From NCBI GenBank assembly GCA_965235115.1, contig OZ249451.1, positions 7,626,001-7,690,000 of the forward strand: a stretch of 64,000 bases of DNA, written 5' to 3'. The stretch's first letter is position 1. Every line of letters starts with the position of its first letter. This document shows, piece after piece, positions 38,843-49,583 of this stretch. This DNA comes from Laetmonice hystrix. Lineage: Eukaryota. Made by a program: the position numbers and the translations under genes. The notes beneath the pieces were generated by a model. That model made no database searches, was not told the DNA's origin, and saw nothing but the letters and a program-made list of their open reading frames with translations.

Positions 38843-38953
38843 GATATTGTGGCGTCACAGACACTCACGCGACTGTTTGTTCACTGTGACGTCGCGATAT
38901 TGTGGCGTCACAGTGAACAAAAACTCACGCGACCGTTTGTTCACTGTGACGTC
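38843..38953. repeat. Tandem ~55-bp duplication forming a three-arm 16-bp inverted repeat
   Basis: tttgttcactgtgacg at 38876-38891 and 38936-38951; its exact reverse complement cgtcacagtgaacaaa at 38906-38921. Confidence 0.9.
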
Positions 38954-39179
38954 ACAAATCAGACACGCTCTGCAAAGGTCACATGACCCTCCATGGATTT
39001 CTCCATGGATTTGCTCCATGGTTTTTCCGGTTCCGGTTTTACGTGACGAAATTTTTTTGTGAGACGGTATGTGTCACCTTGGCTACCGTTTCACACGTGT
39101 TGTCATAGAGCTCGCTTCGCGAGCCGCTGCGCGGCTCGCTTGCGCTCGCTATTAACAGTATCTAAAGTCACCTGTTTAA

Positions 39180-40144
39180 GGGGAAGGAGGACCGTAAAAT
39201 TTCAGTAGTAAACTTTGACATTTTTTGAGTTTTTTCAATTTATTAACATATAAGCATCACATAATCACCAAAAAAATGATATGCTTCCATGCTAATTTTT
39301 GTAGTATGGGGGTTTTTCAACTGCCCCCTCCCTGAAAATGTGGCAAATTCTGACGCACTTCCATGTCTCGTTTCAGGCAAAAGAAATACATCAAATAATA
39401 TCAAATGTATATTTTTTTTACCTAGAAGGACTGAAATGTAACATACCTGCCACACTGTACTAAAAAATATCCCGATTAAACTTCTTTTTTTTCAGATTTT
39501 GTATTTTTGCCGAGGTGATTGCATATATTTTTCATCGTAAAATCCCACCTTTTTCAATAACAGGAGAAAACTGGTAGTAAATGTTATATTTTTTTGGTTA
39601 AAATTAAAGACAATGACCAACTCTCATCAAATCAGTAAAAAAAAATATACCATTCCAGGGTATTTTTTTGGGTAGGACCCCTTTTTTGTAGGAAATTTAC
39701 CCATTTTTACCCAAAATTCGGGTTTTTTGCTCCTACAAACTAATTTGTGGTGAATGTATTTATACAGTTTTGGCCTATAATTAAAGATAATGACCATTTT
39801 CATCAAAATAAACTAAGACATCTATGTCATTTCAGGTAAACGTGTCCCTGTGACCACCTTTTATGTTGAAAAGGGCCCCAAATCACACCCCCCCCCCTCC
39901 CATGGCTGGTCACACTGTGGCCAGTGGCAGTGGTACAGGCCGGCTACTATTGTGACGTTAGAAATTAGGCCCTATTGTTCAGTAGTTCCAAAAGTATTGT
40001 GACGTCACAGTATCTGAGTGATGACAATAGGACTGTTCTGATTTGTGACTGCTAGTTCTTGTCTGTGCCACTGGGGCGCCACTGTAGGCCTACTATGCGC
40101 GTAAACCTGCGCAGTGGTCTGATTTGCTTCGGTGCTCCTTCCCC
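39180..40144. mobile_element. Kolobok-like non-autonomous DNA transposon (965 bp)
   Basis: TTAA on both flanks (39176-39179, 40145-40148); termini ggggaaggaggacc and ggtgctccttcccc match 13/14 as inverted repeats; purine (GG) start after TTAA fits Kolobok rather than piggyBac. Confidence 0.75.
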
Positions 40145-40529
40145 TTAAATAAGAAATGTACTTCTACGACTACAAATTCCAATCTGTATTCAGGTTTTCT
40201 TCATAGCTTGACTCAGTGGTTAAATAAACATTTCTCAGTGACTTCGTCATTTGAAGTTAGTGTGACTGTGACTGAGAGTGTACTGAGTACTGACTGAGCC
40301 TGAAGCTGAGTGTTGGTGAAGGTGTGGCATTTCATTTCATTTTTGGATCCTCGTAAAAAAATAAGTGTCTACCATCATTTTAACCTCAGGTGAACTTCTG
40401 TAGATCTACACATAAAAATTTATTTCCTAAAATACAAAGTCTGCCAGAATTTATGTTATATTTTGTTTTATTTGTTGCCTTAGAGTCATAGAGTGTACGT
40501 GGCTGATTGCTTGTTTAACCACAGATGCC

Positions 40530-42211
40530 ATGAACTTTCTTGCACTGGAGGAAATCCGTAGGTTTAGAGACCAGAAAGACACTCTGCTCCATCAAGCAGC
40601 CTATAAGGGAGACGTCTCACACATCAAGAAACTCCTAAAAGATGCGTCCTTACGTAACAAGATCAACAGGCGCAACAGGCTTGGCTGTTCCCCACTCCGC
40701 TTGGCAGCCACTGGCAAGTAAAAAATATATCCGGAGAGAACATATCCTGTAATTAACAAAAGTCGAATGCGAATAATAGTCATTATAGTGATCAATAAAA
40801 TACTTCTGCCATACAACATGGCAAACAATTAGATTAGTGTTGCTTTCTCATCGTATAAAAATAACTAATTCTGCTCATCCTATGTCCAATATGTGTGGCC
40901 TTACCTTCACAAAACTGAAATGATCAAATGTAACAAAATAATTGATTGTTCCAAGTCTCTTTGCAAAACAACAGATTTTCAAAAATGAACCATAATGAGT
41001 GTAATTTGTAAACCAGAAGGTTCCCATAGGACTAATTGGATGCTTGAATCTGACCTCTCTTACAGGGGGTCACACTGAGGTTGTTTCACACCTCCTTGAG
41101 GCCGGGGCAGAGGTCAACATCAGTGATATAAAGACCCAAACGCCACTTTATGTAGCGGTGAAGAAGCACCATCTGGGCTGTGTCAAACAGTTGCTGCGGG
41201 CAGGGGCTGACCCCAATGGAGATGAGCGTAGTCTCTGTACACCAATATACGTAGCTGCCATGGATGGGTGGGCTGAAGGAATGAAGGTAGGACCCTAGAG
41301 ATTGAAATGGTATTGTAGTGATTCTTAACCCTTACTTGTGGGCTGTGTCATGGCCAGCTTTAGATAGGAGTGTAATTTTTGTAACTACAGGTATGAAAAT
41401 ATCAAATCATGCTTATGAAAATTACCATATTCGTGAAGGAAAAATAAAATTTAATTCTTAAAAAAATCAACTTCAGTAACTGTGCTGAAAGCAGTGACAT
41501 AGATCTAACCAGAGTACTTTTCTCATGCAGGAATTGATCCTTCATGGAGCTGACATTGATCGTTCCCAGGCCAGTGTTGGCACAGTCATAGGTACACCAC
41601 TCTACATTTCAATGGTCTATCATCACCAGCCCTGCTTCAGGATGCTTCTTCGTGTTGGAGCAGACCCCGATGTTCAGTGTCGGAGTCATCCAGGTGACAG
41701 AAGTCCCCAAGGTGTCGTGCAGTCCCTTTTCCATGCTGCTGTCCGTCACAACTTGGATGCCTTCTACCCTCAGGAACTTTATGATTTTGGTGCAGGGCTT
41801 TACTTCAGGGATGACAAGGGAAGATTGGCATCTGAACTTGACACCAACAATGAATGCAGGCGTTTCATTAAGACCTTATATGGTAAGAAGACAGAACAGG
41901 AATAGGTCCTGACCATATGATATCCTTTCAAAAGTAAAAGAAAGTTTCTGTTTAATCGGTTTTCAAATATAAAACTTTTTAGGATATTAAAGGAATAAAA
42001 ATCCTGGTAATCCACAGATAGCTTATCAAAATATTCAGGAAAAAATAGTCGGATCAAAAATATTTTGCTTTGAAAATTTGCAGATAACCCACGGACCCTA
42101 CTTTCACAGTGTCGGATCAAGATAAGAAGTTGTTTAGGGAAAAGTCATCTTACTGCCATCCAGGATTTGCCTTTGCCTAGCAAAATCAAGACTTATCTAC
42201 AGCACCACTAA
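40530..42211 (+). CDS. Ankyrin repeat and SOCS box protein (ASB1/ASB12-like), 294 aa, 4 coding exons
   Basis: Exons 40530-40713 (GC donor), 41066-41286, 41531-41882, 42084-42211. Ankyrin repeats (LLHQAAYKGD, SPLRLAATGGH, QTPLYVAVKKHH, LLRAGADPN, TPLYISMVYHH) and a SOCS box NPRTLLSQCRIKIRSCLG..LPLPSKIKTYL; layout matches ASB1/ASB12. Confidence 0.92.
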
Positions 42212-44313
42212 TCAGGCCACAGCATCATTTATTCATATCATCTGTTTTTAGGAAGAGAGAAAAAGCATACATTTCCTCTGCCATTTGCAATTTTAAAGTA
42301 CTTGTACTGTTAGTCAAATGTGTAGATGAGTGGATCAAATCTATTATGATGAGACGATAAAAAAAATTGGCTGCAGACATAAAAGACATGTAGTGGTGTT
42401 TGACTTAGGTCATCTATGGTGCCCCTACCACCCTGAAGATTAGTCACAGTGCCCTTTGATGAAAATTCTACTTAAGTACTATAGGGCAACTTTAGCTTTG
42501 CCCCTTTTCTGTATTATTCTAAAGGTATTATTTAAGCCACAGTTTGTGTATTTCACACTAGTACTACGAGTATAGGGCGAGTAGTCTAGTCTTTGCTGCT
42601 CTCCAATTTGAACACTTACAATTTTCACTAAATGTACACATATATGACACTTGCACTACTTTGTGTGGTACATGTATTATGCTGCACTGGTTACAAAAAC
42701 GTTAACTTTGCGTATAATTTCGGTAGAGTCCTTCCAATTGTTTATTTTGTCAGACACATGTTGCATTGGAAACTGATCAAAGTTTGAACAGATTTTGTAA
42801 TGGTTCAAAATTACATAAGTGTACAGCGTTTGCGTTAATGCAATTTCCCTGTGTATTTACGCGTAATATAGAACAGGACACAAAATTCAAATGTATGATG
42901 CTTTTAGATGGTACTGGGGTCCCAGGGGACCCCAAATTCAAATTGCTAACATGAATACTGGATTTACAACAGGGCCAGTATTGTTCTGATTCCATTGTAG
43001 ATGTCTCAGACAAATTGTGGTGTAAGTTAGTTAACGAAGAGATAATTTGCATAAGATACAATTATACAGTCACTGTATCTTTCTTTCGTATTGCTGTAGA
43101 GGATATTGTTAATAATGAAAGTTTTTACCTTCTTTCACATTCAGATCGGCCATGCTTTTCCTTACCATCCATCAAATGTCGACCATTATGTGGTTTTGTC
43201 TATAATGCATTCAAATTTTATCATTTGAATTATTACCGTGGCTCCTTATGGCCTCAGATCCTTTTCAATTTGATTACTCTTTTATTGTAATCTCTTTATG
43301 TTCTTTTTTCCTTTCCTTTGGTTTGTGAAGGTTGGTTATTTGTCCTGTTAAGAAGGATTTATTTATGTTATCAAGTAGGTTCTTTTCCTCTTATTGGAGG
43401 AATGATGCAAATATGTTGGTCATCCTATTAACTTTATTGATAATTTAGTTTTGGTCTTTAAAGCCTTAAGTTTATTTTTTAAATTCCCAAGGGGGTTTTC
43501 ACTCCCTCATGGTCATTGATGCAAAGTTGATAACTAGTGATTCCTATTTGAATGAAAGGCTGTGATCATATAAATAATGATTTAACATTATCTAACCTAA
43601 TATTTTGACAATTACAGTGCATGTTTACATGCACGATGGCGTTCATCGAGAGATGAGAAAGATCGCTGGCTTCTGTTATACAGTTATCGTAGTGGATATA
43701 GCAAAATTGGAAAAAAGGGATGTAATATATAGCGTTATCTACATACATGTTTGTTTGTATTTCTAAGTGCCTTTGGCATGAGATGCAATTCTGAATAGAT
43801 CAGCTGGGGTGCTTTTCACAACCATCGTGACCCTGTGGTGCGTTAAAATCTCTATTGAAAATACATTGGTGTTAACCATATGACAAGCTCATGACAGGTT
43901 GTGAAATGCACCCTAGAATCGCTAACTGTACAACTAAATGTCTAAATATTCCCAGCGAGTTCATACACTGTTATAATGGACTCGTTTTTCAATGTACATG
44001 TTTGAGCCAATGTGGGGAAAAACTTGAATTGTATTTAATCACTGGTTCGTTATTTTTCTTGTTGAAATATTAGTTGAGTCATGTGATGATAATCTGTATG
44101 TATGATTATCACATTCTGGTGCCATGAGTTATCCATGCCGTGAGAAATAGATCTGAAGAACACCTGAAATGCCTTTCAATCTGAAAGGAATGAGTTATAA
44201 AGAAAAGTGTGTGAATAAATGTAAACAAACCATAGGATGTTCACAAATGATATGTAACAGTCCTGTACACAACGCGTACATTTAAAGTAGTGTTCCTGTT
44301 TGTATCATATGGT

Positions 44314-44484
44314 CAATGGCGGGTCCAGGGGTGCTAAGGGGGCCCTGGCCCCCGACCCCTAAAATCCAGATGATGTTATAAATATCAGAGGAAAAGCCAC
44401 TGACTCAAGAGTCATAGTCTTTTCTCCACAGATAGCCCCCCCCCCCCACCCCCCCACCCAGTAATGCAGGATCCACCCATATTG
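44314..44484. mobile_element. Degenerate GGATCCAGG-type MITE remnant
   Basis: Left caatggcgggtccagg, right caggatccacccatattg, internal poly-C; no clear TSD. Confidence 0.3.
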
Positions 44485-45927
44485 TTTTATGATGTATTAT
44501 TGCTGTGAACAGCCAAACCGTAGTGGATTTTCTGAGGTCTGTGGAGGATCATGAAGAATATAAGCATAAAGGAGGTATTGTTTTGGTGAGTTGGATGTCT
44601 GGTCTCAGGCACATTCTTAAGAACTTAAGATGTAGAAAAGTTCTAGGAAAGTCAGTGATCCTTCCCCCACCCCGAGCTCTTTTGTTACACAGTATTTACC
44701 TTGGCTTTTTTCTTGAAAAGTGTTAAATAGTTATGCAGATCTACACTTGTAGCTATCACTATCAGTAGTATAGAATGTCACAAGTTTGCGTTCCATTTTG
44801 TATGGCATGAAAGCATTTTTTTGCTTTTTGTGCAAGGAAGGGTACATGTATCAGTTTTGATATTTGTGTGACCTGTATCCGCGTCATAAATATTTTTAAC
44901 TGCAGCTGTGGATCCCAAGTGGATACGAGTAAAGGTGCAATATGTTATAATATTTACTGTGTGAAAATACGTTTTCTATATGGAGGAGTGAAAATACGGT
45001 TCACCCAGGAGAGAGTTTTCACTCATATAACCTTGTCTCAGCACATTATGTGTCATTGTAAAATTGTTAACAAGTTGTTTTACATTATGTCCAACACTAC
45101 GTACTCAAAGATGTTTCACAAATATCATGTTTTATAGGATGTCATAATGTACCACCAATTTTGTATCATTGGGTGATTATTTTCAGAAAATGTTAACAGC
45201 ATGGTAACCAGTGACCTCAAAAGTATAGCTTACACCAGTGTTTTGGAGGGTCCACTGGGTCTAAGGTTATCACAGGCATAAAGTATTATAATGAATGGAA
45301 ATATATATTATACCCGGGAGAAATATTTGTTATACTGGAATTTGAAGAGTCAGTAAGTCTAGATATGTTGGTGAGTTTCGTTGAAATTTAATACTTTCAT
45401 CCTGTACGCAGCTAGGGCTAGAGCGTAGAGTCCTTATGTACAGCTTAGTAAGCCTTATTGTCATCGCAGAAACACGTTGGTTAGAACGCCAGCCCTTCTA
45501 CCAGTAGTTTGGTTGTGATAAGCTGGTGAGGTCAGTACGCCACAAGAAGAATTTTACTTATGTAAAAATGTGGATTGCATAATAAAAAAAAAAGTATTGA
45601 TAACGTTACACCTTCGTTTCATCTAGGGTTTAGGAGTCAATTACATACATTGTACAATGTATTTTGAATTCTCGTGTCGTAAACAACAAAAAATTCACAA
45701 GCACAGAGATGTGTGTGAAAACAAGGTAGTAAAAGCAAAGATAAGGAAAGAAAGTCCAATATTTTGCTACACAGTCTATCCAGAGACGGCGTCTAAGTAG
45801 TAGTTGTGTCAGTGCTGTCTACGCTCCATACATAGTCTGGAGCGCATGCGAAATAATTAAGATATAATTTTAATTAGATCGGGCTTAAAAAGGTAGAGAC
45901 TGGGCGGTGTGTTGAAGCGCAAACATT

Positions 45928-46007
45928 AGCGCCACCCTGGAGACGATATAGAGCGCCATCTGCCACAAACTATAGGAACTACTGTCTGCATGTGCTGCCA
46001 TCTAGCG
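45928..46007 (-). promoter_or_regulatory. Cluster of three co-oriented CTCF-like motifs
   Basis: On the - strand: ccagggtggcgct, gcagatggcgct and ctagatggcagca, all resembling the CTCF core C(C/T)AG(A/G)(G/T)GGC(A/G). Confidence 0.4.
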
Positions 46008-47549
46008 TTAACCCTTGGATTCGACCTTTGAAAGTCAGGAGTGTCAAGAGGCTATAGTTTTGAATCCGCCTGTTCATATGATCCATGGCGAAGTGATGCT
46101 TTAATTTTTTTCTGTTAAAAAAAAAGGAAAATACCTTTAAAGTGTTCTATAGAACTGTTGGCGATAATCGGAAGAGAACCCCTAAACGGTTTTACCAGTG
46201 TCATTACTTTTGTTTGACCTTCAGGAGAGCTTTGATAGCAACTAAGCCAAGATATTTTTATTATTATTAGGAGAGTGAAACGTTTCGCCCTATTGCGATA
46301 GAAAGTAAATCAGGCAATCTTTTACTGCGGATTTTTACATTTTTCCCATTTTGTGGTTTGATAACAAAACTGAATGCACTCGTGTGGAGCTATGATACTG
46401 TAGTATGTAATGCACTGAAGAGTATATTAAAGTTTATTTGTGAAAGCGTTTATTGGATTCTGTTGAAGATTACACTATAACTTTATGCTATTAGGGCCTA
46501 CTACATGTATTTCTTCGTTAATTTCATTGTTCTATTTCACAATCACTTCTTACAGCAACGCTGACCCAGATCGTTTAAACGCCCCTCCCAAATTTCACGT
46601 AGTATTTAGAGAAAAAGTTCTTATATACAAAATGTTTACAGCTTCTGCACAAAACTCGTTTTCTACAAGTTTTACAACATGGTAGCAGGCCACCACCCAG
46701 TATCGAGTTGATTTAACCATACCTCCTAGGTCATCTGGTGCGGGCCCGGCGTCGGATAGCAGAAATAGTGCGTCATTTGGCCTACAGGTGTCGCCACCAG
46801 ACGGCGCTGTGGAGCGGATTGACCGGGCTCCGTGAGAGAGTGGCTCGCTGGCGTTCCCCGGGCAGACTGATGGAGGTGGCGAGGGTGGCGGTTTGCTCGT
46901 AAACTTCGGAGCTGTTGTTGCCGTCGGCTCAAAGTTTTAAGTTAGGTCATCTTAGGAGGTTTATCTGCTGAGTTGGAAGACTTTCCTAGGGCTTCGGCGC
47001 GACGGCTTGACGAAGGTAGGTGGGTGTTTGGAGGAAGTTTTCGCGGACAAATTGAGGCGCGGTTGGGGCTGACTTCGTTTCGGATGCTGGAGTGGGGAGC
47101 AAGGAGGGGACTGGGGAAAGGGTAGGCCTACTCTCAGTGTCGGGCCGGGGTACGCAGGCGGGGATGGCAAGAGGCAGGCGGGGTCTAGCTGTCCCGGGCA
47201 AGCGTCGTTTACTGCATGTGGGTGAGATAACTTCATAAGGGACTCTCACCTGGACTGGGCCTAACGGTTAAGGTCTACCTGGGCTCCCACTGTTAGAACC
47301 GGTGAGCGGTGTTAAGGTGCGTGGCCGTGTGGAACAGGGACTTTCTGAAAGGCTCGCGCCCTTTAAAGTTTAATGTTCCCTACTTGAAGCTTGGCGGTGA
47401 CCGCCTCGACGGGGGCGGCCTGCTACTCGGGGCTGCCTGAGTAGGCCTAATACCCGGGCTGGAGAGGGCTTGCCACTTTGAACGTGCACGGCTGAGGCGT
47501 CCTGCTCCCCTGCTCGCCCATTGGCCAAAGCATAGACCACCAATATTGG

Positions 47550-47788
47550 CAGGGCCGGATCCAGGATTTTTTTCAAGGGGGGGTTGCAGTCGTCAAGTCC
47601 GAAATTATTATTATTTTATGAAATATATAGGCTAACGTTAGGCTACTTATCGTTTTAGATTCTAGATTCACACTGTGCCGTTCCTGGGCTGGAGCAGTGG
47701 AGGACGAACATTTCCTTTTCTTTCTTTTTTTTATGTCTAAGGGGGGGGGGGGGGGTACAACCCCCACATCCCCCTGGATCCGGCCCTG
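47550..47788. mobile_element. MITE with perfect 16-bp TIRs (cagggccggatccagg)
   Basis: cagggccggatccagg at 47550 and cctggatccggccctg ending at 47788; 5-bp direct repeat attgg on both flanks; internal poly-G. Confidence 0.85.
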
Positions 47789-48202
47789 ATTGGTAGAGCC
47801 TATTGCCTGTTGGTGTTGGTGGTGACAAGGGTAATTGGGGGAGGGGGAAAAGCTGAACATGAACTAAGGAATTATTAAGCTCAAGAAAACCAGTTTGAAA
47901 ATGTAGGTCTCTATTAAATTTAATGCAACCATAACCTATAGGCTAAATATTGGTGGGGGGGGGGGGGGGGGGCAAAACATACTCTACCCCTCCCGGCTTG
48001 CCCACAATATAACAATCAAAGAAAATATTAAAATAATTTCATTTTGTCATGAAGCTCAAAACAAGAATACAACCCAGCATCTAAAGGGTTTTTTTCTGTG
48101 TCTCTAAAGAATCCTGAACTGGAAAAAGGTTATTTTAGTTTAACACATGTTTCATATTGAACCAACCCAAGTGTCTGCCAGTTCTTTTTTTTTTTCTTGT
48201 AG

Positions 48203-49583
48203 GCGTTAAGGGGCAATGTGACACTGTTTGAAAGTATAGCCGCGAGGATGAGAAAAAAGAAAGGAGCCATGGCAACTGCATCAAACAAGACTACTGGTAG
48301 TCCCAAAAATTCAGTCTCCAAGTCTCCGTCAAAGGGCTCTGCCCCCCTCAGCCCTAAGTTATCGAGTCCAACAAAATGCATCACCCCAAGCCCTGTGATC
48401 TTGAGCAAGGAATCTGTGTCGCCCACACCCAATGGGACGGCAAAAGACCACTTGCCATTACACAATGGAAAAGCTGAGGATGAAGACAAACCAAAGGCCC
48501 CTTCGACACCGAAAACCCCACAGACTCCAAGGACTCCTCGACCTGCAGAGCCAGGGCCTTCAGGACTTAACCGACCTCCTGTTGGTCCATCTGCAGATGG
48601 TAGGGTACCATCAGCAGCTTCTTCAATAACAATATTTTCCCCTGCAGATCCACTTGGGTTAAAGGATCGGGGAAAGGTGACAGTTGGAGAGATAGTCCAG
48701 CAGATTGAAATAAAGTCTGGTGCATTGTTGCGAAGAGATGACTTTACGAAAGCAGACGTTTGGCCAGATTTGAGCTTTCTTGCGCAACAGTCACGTTACA
48801 ATTCGGATATGCATGTGAAGCGGAAACTCTACATGAGGATGGTTGACAACGGCCTTCTGAATATCTTCTTGAAAGTTTTTCGCTCCATCCATGGGATTGA
48901 CTTTCTGAATATGCTCCAGGCTGCACAGGAGGAAAATGCAGACAACGTGTCTGAGGCATCATGCATTATGAACGACACAGGAAAGGATAAGGACTCGATA
49001 TCATTCATAGACGACAAAGACTGTGAGGACGACCGGAGTATTGGAGTACCAGAGGACATACGAGACAAACGTGGTAAGATTGCTGCAGCGGAGCGATATC
49101 GCAACATGCCCGACTTCATGAAGAACTTCCGGGCTGCGATCACTTTACTTTGGAATGTTAGTGAGAAATCCCCAGCCTTGTGTGAGGAGTGTATTAAGAA
49201 AGGAATGATCCAACTTCTGTTAACAGATCTGACAGATCCAAGATTGGGAGTAAATGACTTGAAGGATCCAAACAAGCTGCACCTCGTGAAAGGATACCTT
49301 GGCATCCTCAGCAACCTTGTGCGTTTCCATGGTGAAGCGAGGGATATATTTCGTGATTCAGGAGCAGTGAAGATTCTGCAGCATTATCTGAAATCCTCGT
49401 TGCTTGTGATTAAGTCAAAGACAGTCATGCTGCTATCCTATATTATAAATGAAAGTGAAAATGATATCATCAATTCTTCGGATAAGCACATAGCGTTCTT
49501 TGTGAAAGTGCTACAAACAGCTGTGGAAAGTGAAAATCACTATACTAAGAAATATGGATACTGGGCAGTTGAAGTTATTGCAG
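48203..49583 (+). CDS. Large coding exon of an armadillo-repeat protein (probable N-terminal part of an invertebrate ARM-TIR type protein); gene partial
   Basis: Strong acceptor (T-tract then TAG at 48200-48202), 460-codon open frame, donor CAG|GTAAGC at 49583/4 (phase 1). First ATGs at 48248 and 48269. S/P/T/K-rich N-terminus followed by amphipathic helical ARM-like repeats (GMIQLLLTDL, YLGILSNLVRF, GAVKILQHYL, VMLLSYIINE). No downstream exon recognised before 64000. Confidence 0.75.

Noticed and set aside
43015-43290. 91-aa ORF and other candidates for the ASB SOCS-box exon
   Set aside because: The real SOCS exon is 42084-42211; this ORF has no SOCS motif and lies downstream of the stop.
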